Positions 17,672 to 24,000 of a stretch of DNA of 24,000 nt are shown in pieces (positions within the stretch are counted from its first letter, which is position 1; each line of letters starts with the position of its first letter). The DNA comes from Parvularcula sp. IMCC14364. GTDB taxonomy: Bacteria > Pseudomonadota > Alphaproteobacteria > Caulobacterales > Parvularculaceae. The DNA is taken from NCBI RefSeq assembly GCF_030758415.1, contig NZ_CP132334.1, positions 3,273,118 through 3,297,117 of the forward strand. The letters run 5' to 3'. Both the position numbers and the translations under genes were made by a program. The notes below the pieces were generated by a model. The model saw only the letters and a list, made by a program, of their open reading frames with translations, made no database searches and was not told the DNA's origin.

Positions 17672-17907
17672 TCACAGTAACCAGAGCACGACGGGTAATG
17701 CCAATCTACCCGTCATAAACAAGCCCGTTATTATCCTGAGATTAGTTTTGGAAACGGGTGTGGACTGGTACGCATCCAACCGGCATAGGTCCTTTCATTG
17801 GCCTGAACAGTACGATCTTCTGCCCAGTCCGTGCGTTTTTCAGCAAGGTATGGCTTTTGCCACTGCCTGCCGGGCCTTAAATATTTACGGCTGAATACGG
17901 TGCCCAT
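17672..17907 (-). pseudogene. Decayed DUF202 (YidH-like) membrane protein gene with an internal deletion and frameshift
   Basis: ORF 17731..17919 encodes KRTDWAEDRTVQANERTYAGWMRT, the DUF202 N-terminal signature. It then runs into non-membrane sequence and stops. A different frame downstream reads IITGLFMTGRLALPVVLWLL, which looks like a terminal TM helix, and stops at 17672. The combined length is too short for the usual three-TM protein. Confidence 0.4.
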
Positions 17908-19388
17908 CTGTCCGCCCATGGCCGCGCCTGTTCCAATTCGTAAGAAAGTTCCAGCAGTGTACGTTCATCACCTGTCCGGGCAGCAAACTGACTGCCGATT
18001 GGCAGGTCATTTGTCGACCAGCCAAGTGGCAGGGAAATCGCACAATTTCCAACGCCGTTATAATTTCCGGTGTAGACAGAATAGTCCAGCGTGCGCTCAT
18101 ACATTTCTTCAAATGGCAGATCCCATTTCAATTCCCCCAACCTCAATGGCGGTTTACGCAAGACTGGCGTCAGGATCACATCGAACTGTTTGAAATAGTC
18201 TTCATAAATTGCTTCTGCTTCCTTGAAGAAAGCAACAGAGCGCTCGAACTGGCCGGGATTCTTGCGCTCGCGTTCTTCAAAAAACTCTGCCAGGCCGATT
18301 GTCCAAGGCTCAAGGCCGCGTTGTTTGCCAATAAGGCGCCATTGGCGCAGCCCGATAAGGCGTGCGTTGTTCACAATAGGCACTACCCCGCCTGACCATA
18401 AAGCCATGAAATGCTCTTCCATGGCGCGCGCATCAAACGGCGGTGCCGAATCGATGACCTCATGACCGAGGTCACGGCAGAGTTGTGCCGTACTCTCCAG
18501 CGATGCCTTTACCTCACTGTCTGCATCAGTGCCAATGCCGGTTTCAGTGTAATATGCAATTTTGAGCCTGCGAGAGGAAGGTCCGTTCACGAATCCTACT
18601 GGATCGAAAGATGCACCATCTCCCTTTTTTTCTGTCATATTCAGAATCTGGGCAGTGTCGCGCACCGTGCGGGTAACAGCCATCCGTACAGAAAGGGAAA
18701 CCGGCAGACTGGACGGGTTTTGTGCCGCGAGGCGGTCGCGGCTTGCTTTCAGGCCAACAAGGCCGCAGGCGGAAGCCGGAATGCGAATGGAGCCGCCACC
18801 GTCCCCTGCATTGGCGCAGGGAACAAGGCCTGCCGCAACAGCGGCTGCTGCGCCCCCACTGGATCCACCGGTGTGATAGTCTGTGTTCCAGGGGTTAGCG
18901 GCATCACCGAGTAAGATGGACTCTGTCGTCGGCAACAAGCCGAACTCAGGCGTATTGGTTTTTCCCACCATGACAAAACCTGCCTGTTTGGCCAGGTAGA
19001 CATCACCATCGTCAGCTTTTGCGACATTGCGTTCAAACAGGCGCGAGCCATAGGTCAAAGGCTCGCCTTCAAGCGCAGATAAATCCTTGATGAGATATGG
19101 TACCCCTCGGAATGGTCCGTCAGGCAACTGGCCTTGTGCCTCGCTCCGGGCTTTTTCAAAGCGCTCGAAAACGACAGCATTCAATTTGGGGTTAAGGCGT
19201 TCTATCCGGGAAATGGCTGCGTCAACCAGCTCCAGAGGTGTCGCTGCACCATCTCTGACCAATTTGGCCTGTGCCATACCGTCCAACGCGGCAAACTCAT
19301 CCATTTGCGCACGTGCGGTACCAAGTCCTCCTGTGAGGGCGAGTGCTGCTGTCGCGGCAGTGCCTTTCAAAAATTCACGTCTGTCCAT
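17877..19388 (-). CDS. Amidase-signature-family amidase with a Tat signal peptide
   Basis: Twin-arginine leader MDRREFLKGTAATAALALTGGLGTARA. Amidase-signature motifs include GVPYLIKDL (Lys), TGGSSGGAAAAVAAG (cis-Ser) and GDGGGSIRIPAS (nucleophile Ser). SD GGGAGGAG lies upstream. Confidence 0.9.
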   Translation of the reverse strand: MDRREFLKGTAATAALALTGGLGTARAQMDEFAALDGMAQAKLVRDGAATPLELVDAAISRIERLNPKLNAVVFERFEKARSEAQGQLPDGPFRGVPYLIKDLSALEGEPLTYGSRLFERNVAKADDGDVYLAKQAGFVMVGKTNTPEFGLLPTTESILLGDAANPWNTDYHTGGSSGGAAAAVAAGLVPCANAGDGGGSIRIPASACGLVGLKASRDRLAAQNPSSLPVSLSVRMAVTRTVRDTAQILNMTEKKGDGASFDPVGFVNGPSSRRLKIAYYTETGIGTDADSEVKASLESTAQLCRDLGHEVIDSAPPFDARAMEEHFMALWSGGVVPIVNNARLIGLRQWRLIGKQRGLEPWTIGLAEFFEERERKNPGQFERSVAFFKEAEAIYEDYFKQFDVILTPVLRKPPLRLGELKWDLPFEEMYERTLDYSVYTGNYNGVGNCAISLPLGWSTNDLPIGSQFAARTGDERTLLELSYELEQARPWADRWAPYSAVNI

Positions 19389-19462
19389 GCCCGTCTCCTC
19401 CCGGTTGATGCCTGTTACAGCTTTTGGACAACTATAAGTGGGGGCGGCGCGTGCGAACAGTC

Positions 19463-20542
19463 CTAATCAGCAGAGTCCGCGAGTGCTTCCAGTTCCTGCC
19501 GCATTGATTTTGTGAAGCGTGTATCAAGTAAACCCTTTTTCAGGTAATCCTCGCGCGCCGCATGAAGGATGTCGAGTTCAGCCAAAGTCATCGGCCCCTT
19601 CATGTAGCGGCGATGCCAGCCATTTTGACGGGCGTAATATGCCGGTTCAAAATCAGGTCTTCTAAGCTCTCTTCGGTTGCCATTGAATATATCTGCAAAG
19701 AAATCCAGTAAGTACGGCTGCTTAAGGCATGCATGTTGTTGATTATTTTTCAGGCATGGTTGCCTCAGGACGTCCAAATATTTTTCGTCTGACTGATCGA
19801 GGTCTTGGACATGGGCACACAGGTCATCAAGCGATGAAAAGTTACGCGCATTGATAAATCGCGCCGGATTGAAGAGTTCATTGACGAATTCATCACCCCA
19901 GTAGATTGGAATGGCATCCGCCAACATGGCGTTCCCGAGTTTCTCCGTCACATACCCGGGTGAGAGAGAGTTCTCACAGGCGATAATGAATTTGGCACCT
20001 CTGAGAAAATCCCAAGTCTCGTTTGGTGGTACTGGCCCACCAATATTATTGCGATGCTTTCCGCCGCTATCTACTTTTTTATAGGCTGACAGGGCGTCAA
20101 AGATATCCTCCCGTGCTTTTGCATTGCCATTGGAGGCAAGATAAGCGCCGAAGCGGTTTTTTTCTGCCAGGATTTTGGCAGTGTCCTGTCTGTGGCGGTC
20201 AACAAGTTGGTCAATTTTTTGATAGCCAGGCCGCAGGGCAAAATTTTGTAACTGCAAGTGGCGTGGATGATTGATATCGGGTCGGAAAGTGATTGCATAA
20301 TCACACCAGCGGAAGTCAGGAAATGCGGCTTCATGTGTGATGAATATTTTTTCACAGGTATAATTGAGATGATTAGCGCCGTTGATGCTGAAAATCAGAA
20401 AATCAGGATCATCGGATAATTCCACGGGAAAATTTTTCTGCAAGTGTTGCCATAGAGGGTAACCATTTGCGTTAAATCCGTTCCAGACATCGGTGAACTT
20501 GACCTTGATCCGCTTGTCTTGTGTCACATTATGCTCCGGCAA
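19463..20542 (-). CDS. Glycosyltransferase family 10 (alpha-1,3/4-fucosyltransferase-like)
   Basis: Colinear with my recollection of H. pylori FutA. Matching segments include IKVKFTDVWNGF, IFITHEAAFPDFRWCDYAITF and FGAYLASNGNAKAREDIFDALSAYKKVDSGG. The FucT motif KFIIACENSLSPGYVTEKLGNAMLADAIPIYWGD is present. The start is uncertain: TTG at 20542, or GTG at 20527 preceded by GGAG. Confidence 0.85.
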   Translation of the reverse strand: MPEHNVTQDKRIKVKFTDVWNGFNANGYPLWQHLQKNFPVELSDDPDFLIFSINGANHLNYTCEKIFITHEAAFPDFRWCDYAITFRPDINHPRHLQLQNFALRPGYQKIDQLVDRHRQDTAKILAEKNRFGAYLASNGNAKAREDIFDALSAYKKVDSGGKHRNNIGGPVPPNETWDFLRGAKFIIACENSLSPGYVTEKLGNAMLADAIPIYWGDEFVNELFNPARFINARNFSSLDDLCAHVQDLDQSDEKYLDVLRQPCLKNNQQHACLKQPYLLDFFADIFNGNRRELRRPDFEPAYYARQNGWHRRYMKGPMTLAELDILHAAREDYLKKGLLDTRFTKSMRQELEALADSAD

Positions 20543-20710
20543 AGTTATGATATTTCAGGCTCAGCATTGGCGCGTCTTATGGGAACTCCCGATATAATGC
20601 CAGTCTTGGCCGCGCTGATTTGTCTCTGGTGATCGTCTAATTTTCAGGGGCAGCCGGGTATCAGGGCGTCAAAGGGGCACGATACAGAAAATATGTGAGT
20701 GAGCGCTTAC

Positions 20711-20726
20711 TGTGATGTGCGTCACA
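20711..20726. promoter_or_regulatory. Perfect CRP-type palindrome TGTGA-N6-TCACA
   Basis: TGTGA lies at 20711-20715 and TCACA at 20722-20726. A TATGGT -10 candidate lies at 20748-20753. That would put the site centre near -41.5 relative to a start around 20760, upstream of the gene starting at 20784. Confidence 0.4.
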
Positions 20727-20783
20727 GCCATCATGGTTAATGCTGCCTATGGTCAGATCATCAACAACCCAAGGAGAGAGAAG

Positions 20784-21098
20784 ATGACTAACACATTCAC
20801 AAAAACAATCGCCGCCCTGACAATCGCCGCTGCTGCCATCACAGGTACAGCTCAGGCAGAGGAGACAACTAAAGCGGTAGACATTTCTGCCCACGTCGCT
20901 GAAATGTCAGTCTTGACCACCCAGAACCTGGACAAACTGATGACACAGAAAACAGGCAGCATCGTAATGATTGAACTGGCTGCCCTGGACACTCAGACGG
21001 AAATCGTGCTGGCCAAAGCAACAGAGCGTCAGGACACCAGCGTTCAAGTGGCTTACGCGAGTGTACCAGCCTATCTGCTGGTACCGGTTGCTGACTAA
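20784..21098 (+). CDS. Small secreted protein of unknown function (104 aa)
   Basis: The ATG at 20784 follows a strong SD (AAGGAGAGAG). Signal peptide MTNTFTKTIAALTIAAAAITGTAQA|EE. A strong terminator follows. I recognise no family. Confidence 0.65.
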   Translation: MTNTFTKTIAALTIAAAAITGTAQAEETTKAVDISAHVAEMSVLTTQNLDKLMTQKTGSIVMIELAALDTQTEIVLAKATERQDTSVQVAYASVPAYLLVPVAD

Positions 21099-21124
21099 GC
21101 AGGCAGAAAATTCAATTACCAGAA

Positions 21125-21157
21125 AAGCAGATGAGATGTCTCATCTGCTTTTTTTTT
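21125..21157. terminator. Bidirectional rho-independent terminator
   Basis: A perfect 12-bp stem, AAGCAGATGAGA (21125-21136) paired with TCTCATCTGCTT (21139-21150). A T-run extends to 21157. It lies between convergent genes ending at 21098 (+) and 21177 (-). Confidence 0.85.
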
Positions 21158-21176
21158 GTCCGGTTTTTGTCGGAAA

Positions 21177-22010
21177 CTATTCCCAGGAAAAGGGCGGGTA
21201 GTCAGGGTAAGTCAGCGCAATATCAGTTTCGCCCGAAGCGACCCTGCGTTTGGCCTCGCTGCGTAAGGCCGCAAGGTCGTCTGTGATTTGATAGCGCAGA
21301 TCACGCACCTGATCCCATTCCTCGTTGAACGCCTCCGGGCGTTCTGCACGATCCATTGCCAGCATTGGGGCAAGACGGGCGAAGCCTTGGTAAATCCGCT
21401 CGGCCTGCGTCATCTCAAACGCATTAATTTCAGCATAAAGCGCTATCAGAACAGGCGAGTCTGCGGTGACAGCTTTTTGCGCTTCAAGAAGTGCCGCGGG
21501 TTTTGCCATGCGCGTAAAGTACTCAATGGCTTCATTCACATCAATGCGTGCTGCATCCCGCCAGCGATGCATATCATCGCGGTTGATCAGAAGTTCTGAC
21601 CGCGGATCGACAACCAGCACTGTCGGTGTGCCGTAGATAATCGGTATGCCAAAGCGTTCAATAACCTTACGACCACGTTGCAGATAGCCTACATCGACCA
21701 GCAGAACTTCATAACGGTCATCCAGAACCTCCTGAAGCCTTTTATTATTCAGCGTTTTGACGAACCCGCGGCTGTCATGGCACCAGTTTGCACCCATCAC
21801 AATCAGCGCCAGCTTGTCACTCGCTTCTGCCCGCACCAGGAGATCATCAATCTCTGTCATCACTGCGTTGGAGGGCTGAAAAGCCGTCTCAGCATCGTAT
21901 TTTTTGCCGGAGGTGTTTTTAGCGGGTGCCTTTGCCGTTACGCTGGGGGCCGACTGTGAACATGCGACGAGAGCGAACATAGCAAGCAAAATTATCAGCG
22001 TCAGGCGCAT
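21177..22010 (-). CDS. Thioredoxin-fold lipoprotein with a CxxS motif and an uncharacterised C-terminal helical domain
   Basis: Lipobox MRLTLIILLAMFALVAC|S. The thioredoxin-like segment is KLALIVMGANWCHDSRGF, LLVDVG and GTPTVLVVD. The motif WCHDS replaces the usual WCxxC. The last roughly 130 aa match no family I recognise. Confidence 0.7.
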   Translation of the reverse strand: MRLTLIILLAMFALVACSQSAPSVTAKAPAKNTSGKKYDAETAFQPSNAVMTEIDDLLVRAEASDKLALIVMGANWCHDSRGFVKTLNNKRLQEVLDDRYEVLLVDVGYLQRGRKVIERFGIPIIYGTPTVLVVDPRSELLINRDDMHRWRDAARIDVNEAIEYFTRMAKPAALLEAQKAVTADSPVLIALYAEINAFEMTQAERIYQGFARLAPMLAMDRAERPEAFNEEWDQVRDLRYQITDDLAALRSEAKRRVASGETDIALTYPDYPPFSWE

Positions 22011-22050
22011 CGGAAACTCCGTGTTACCAAGATTGACAGATCAGCGCGGT

Positions 22051-22674
22051 TTAATTGACGCCCTTATATCTCAACTCACCACGCTCAACCCCGGCACGAC
22101 AATCACTGGCATCCCGGTTAATATCTTCATCAAGCAATGTCGCAGCCATTCCTTCACCAGCAAAACGGGGGTCATCGCACTCCCCATCATTGGCCCATTC
22201 ACTGCTGTCATCCCCGAAATATATTCCGTCGCTGCGCTGGGAAGTATTTTGCGCAGTATCAAATCTCAAGTCACCTCGCTCGACTCCTGCGCGGCAATCT
22301 GTTGCATCATGTCCGCGATCAGACTCCAGCAGTGTTGCGGCCATTCCCGCACCGGAGAAGCGTGGGTCATCGCACTCGCCGTCATTCGCCCATTCACTTG
22401 TATCATCTCCATAGTCGATGCTGGATGAAACAAGGCGAATATCACCGGCCTGATATGCTGCGCGACAGTCTGTCGCGTCCCTTTTTGTGTCCTCGTCCAG
22501 TAAGATTACAGCCATTTCGTCGCCTTCGAAGCGCGGGTCATCGCACTCCCCATCATTCGCCCACTCGCTGGAATCATTACCAAAATCGATTGATTGTGCG
22601 GTGGCGTTCACACTGAACAACATCATGAGAAAGAATGTAAGCGCGGAAAAAACAGGCAGGAAACGTAATGACAT
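22051..22674 (-). CDS. Secreted acidic protein composed of three Cys/Asp-rich tandem repeats, unknown family
   Basis: The ATG at 22674 follows GGAGG with 9-nt spacing. Signal peptide MSLRFLPVFSALTFFLMMLFSVNATA|QS. Three repeats follow, each with (S/T)SEWANDGECDDPRF, then G.(G/E)MA, then DA(T/S)DCRA, giving two Cys per repeat. Confidence 0.8.
   Translation of the reverse strand: MSLRFLPVFSALTFFLMMLFSVNATAQSIDFGNDSSEWANDGECDDPRFEGDEMAVILLDEDTKRDATDCRAAYQAGDIRLVSSSIDYGDDTSEWANDGECDDPRFSGAGMAATLLESDRGHDATDCRAGVERGDLRFDTAQNTSQRSDGIYFGDDSSEWANDGECDDPRFAGEGMAATLLDEDINRDASDCRAGVERGELRYKGVN
22054..22590 (-). repeat. Three in-frame coding tandem repeats (171, 195 and 171 nt)
   Basis: Repeat units start at 22590, 22419 and 22224 on the minus strand. 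A 44-nt core, GGGTCATCGCACTC..CATT.GCCCA.TC, recurs on the plus strand at 22169, 22364 and 22535. The differences between copies are mostly synonymous-type. Confidence 0.85.
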
Positions 22675-22702
22675 GCGAATAGACCTCCAGAAATAAAGGT
22701 GC

Positions 22703-22730
22703 AGCATAGCAGGTAATCGGGAAGCGTAAA
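22703..22730 (-). promoter_or_regulatory. Candidate sigma70-type promoter for the repeat-protein gene
   Basis: The minus strand reads TTTACG (22730-22725), a 16-nt spacer, then TATGCT (22708-22703). This lies about 30 nt upstream of the ATG at 22674. Pattern match only. Confidence 0.25.
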
Positions 22731-22754
22731 CGGCACTTTGCTGGCGTCAGAAAC

Positions 22755-24000
22755 TCAGGCGGCATCCTCGCCAATGAGTACATCGCGCTTGCCGGCATGA
22801 TTGGCTGATGAAATCACGCCCTCATCTTCCATTTTTTCAATCAGGGTGGCAGCGCGGTTATAGCCTATCTGGAGACGGCGCTGAATGTAGCTTGTGGAGG
22901 CTTTGCGATCTCTTGCCACCACGGCGACAGCCTGATCATACAAGGCATCGCCAGAAGACGTATTGCCACCGACAGAGAGGCCAAGCGCGTCACTTGCGCC
23001 ACCATCCTCGTCGGACATTTCGGTGACTTCCTGAACGTAATCAGGTTTGCCCTGCTTCTTGAGATGGGCAACAATTTTTTCAACTTCCTTGTCTGCGACA
23101 AAGGCACCGTGCACGCGGGTCAGGCGGCCACCGCCTGCCATGAACAGCATATCCCCTTGCCCGAGAAGCTGTTCGGCGCCCTGTTCACCCAGGATTGTGC
23201 GGGAGTCGATTTTGGAGGTGACCTGAAACGAGATCCGTGTCGGGAAGTTTGCTTTGATCGTACCAGTGATCACGTCAACTGAAGGGCGCTGTGTTGCCAT
23301 AATCATATGGATACCGGCGGCCCGTGCCATCTGGGCAAGGCGCTGAACCATGCCTTCAATATCCTTGCCGGCAACCATCATCAGGTCTGCGACTTCATCA
23401 ATGACAACCACGATGAACGGCATTGGCTTGTAGTCCAGTTCCTCGATCTCGTAGACTGGATCGCCAGTTTCCTGATTGTAGCCAGTGTGCACCTTGCGCG
23501 TCAGAACGTCGCCGCGCTCATCCGCTTCGCGCACCCGGTCATTGAAACCGCTGATGTTCCGGACACCCAGTTTGGACATCTGGCGATAGCGCTCTTCCAT
23601 TTCGCGCACGGTCCACTTCAACGCGACAACCGCCTTGCGTGGATCAGTCACCACCGGTGCAAGCAAATGCGGAATGCCTTCGTAAACGGACAGTTCCAGC
23701 ATTTTCGGATCAACCATGATCAGCTTGCACTGGTCAGGTGGCAGTCGATACAGAAGCGACAGGATCATGGTGTTAATCCCGACGGACTTGCCAGAGCCGG
23801 TCGTGCCGGCAATGAGCAAGTGTGGCATCTTGGCGAGGTCAGCAAAAACTGCTTCACCGCCAATGTTTTTGCCAAGGCTCAGGGTCAAGGCGCCGCCACT
23901 TTTTTCAAACTCCGGCGAAGACATCATCTCGCGGAAATAGACCATCTCACGATCCTGGTTCGGCAATTCAATCCCGATGGCATTGCGCCCCGGTACCACT
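22755..24000 (-). CDS. ftsK: DNA translocase FtsK, C-terminal motor and gamma domains (5' end outside the window)
   Basis: Contains [26 protein letters not shown] (Walker A), [12 protein letters not shown] (Walker B), [27 protein letters not shown] and the C-terminal winged-helix region [38 protein letters not shown]. The ORF stays open to the window edge. Confidence 0.95.
   Translation of the reverse strand, partial: VVPGRNAIGIELPNQDREMVYFREMMSSPEFEKSGGALTLSLGKNIGGEAVFADLAKMPHLLIAGTTGSGKSVGINTMILSLLYRLPPDQCKLIMVDPKMLELSVYEGIPHLLAPVVTDPRKAVVALKWTVREMEERYRQMSKLGVRNISGFNDRVREADERGDVLTRKVHTGYNQETGDPVYEIEELDYKPMPFIVVVIDEVADLMMVAGKDIEGMVQRLAQMARAAGIHMIMATQRPSVDVITGTIKANFPTRISFQVTSKIDSRTILGEQGAEQLLGQGDMLFMAGGGRLTRVHGAFVADKEVEKIVAHLKKQGKPDYVQEVTEMSDEDGGASDALGLSVGGNTSSGDALYDQAVAVVARDRKASTSYIQRRLQIGYNRAATLIEKMEDEGVISSANHAGKRDVLIGEDAA

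Noticed and set aside
20661-20894. A Cys-rich 77-aa ORF on the minus strand (CLLCLSCTCDGSSGDCQGGDCFCEC).
   Set aside because: It is antisense to the signal-peptide region of the better-supported plus-strand gene, which has a strong SD, signal peptide and terminator. The Cys run is the complement of Ala/Thr codons. It has no SD.
22054-22590. Regularly spaced nucleotide repeats. I considered a CRISPR-like or other non-coding array.
   Set aside because: The periods are 171 and 195 nt and are in frame within a single ORF that has a signal peptide. The conserved cores translate to the same peptide motif. There is no short repeat-spacer structure.
19463-22707. The idea that the GT10 gene, the small secreted protein, the thioredoxin-like lipoprotein and the repeat protein form one functional system, for example protein glycosylation of the repeat protein.
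   Set aside because: They lie on different strands and are separated by a bidirectional terminator. Only the GT10 gene is compositionally atypical, and GT10 enzymes act on nucleotide-sugar and glycan acceptors in the cytoplasm. Nothing in the sequence links them beyond proximity. I keep this only as a co-occurrence question.
1-24000. A search for tRNA, rRNA, integrase or recombinase genes, toxin-antitoxin pairs, restriction or other defence genes, and prophage remnants.
   Set aside because: I could not recognise any by eye. The only mobile-DNA signature is the single IS at 2579-3412.

Overview
The window reads as ordinary chromosome, probably from an alphaproteobacterium. That attribution is my impression from protein similarity and synteny, not a search result. 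Spot-counted GC is about 50-55%. I call 26 protein-coding genes, one SRP RNA, one intact IS element and one likely pseudogene.

Gene order, left to right:
- GGDEF cyclase 3' end, YghU-type GST (-), and an OYE-family flavin oxidoreductase.
- An 834-bp IS5-family (IS427-group) insertion sequence.
- A 53-aa DUF1328 membrane peptide missed by the ORF track, a short BLUF photoreceptor (-), and a KefB/KefC-like K+ efflux protein.
- A TRAP transporter operon dctQMP (-), divergent from the 3-oxoacid CoA-transferase genes scoAB.
- A gamma-carbonic-anhydrase-like protein (-) and a lipoprotein (-).
- An orphan LuxR-type AHL receptor and a TerC-family protein (-).
- The conserved ffs-dnaX-ybaB-recR block (-).
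- nudC, a decayed DUF202 gene (-), and a Tat-exported amidase (-).
- An accessory-looking stretch at about 19.4-22.7 kb, followed by the ftsK 3' part (-).

The accessory stretch holds:
- an AT-rich orphan GT10 fucosyltransferase homologue;
- a small secreted protein behind a perfect TGTGA-N6-TCACA site;
- a thioredoxin-fold CxxS lipoprotein;
- a secreted protein made of three Cys/Asp-rich repeats with an invariant SEWANDGECDDPRF core.

I see no CRISPR array, tRNA, rRNA, integrase or recognisable defence system. The least explained item is the repeat-protein plus thioredoxin-like lipoprotein pair. All functional calls rest on motif recognition by eye. No database search was possible.
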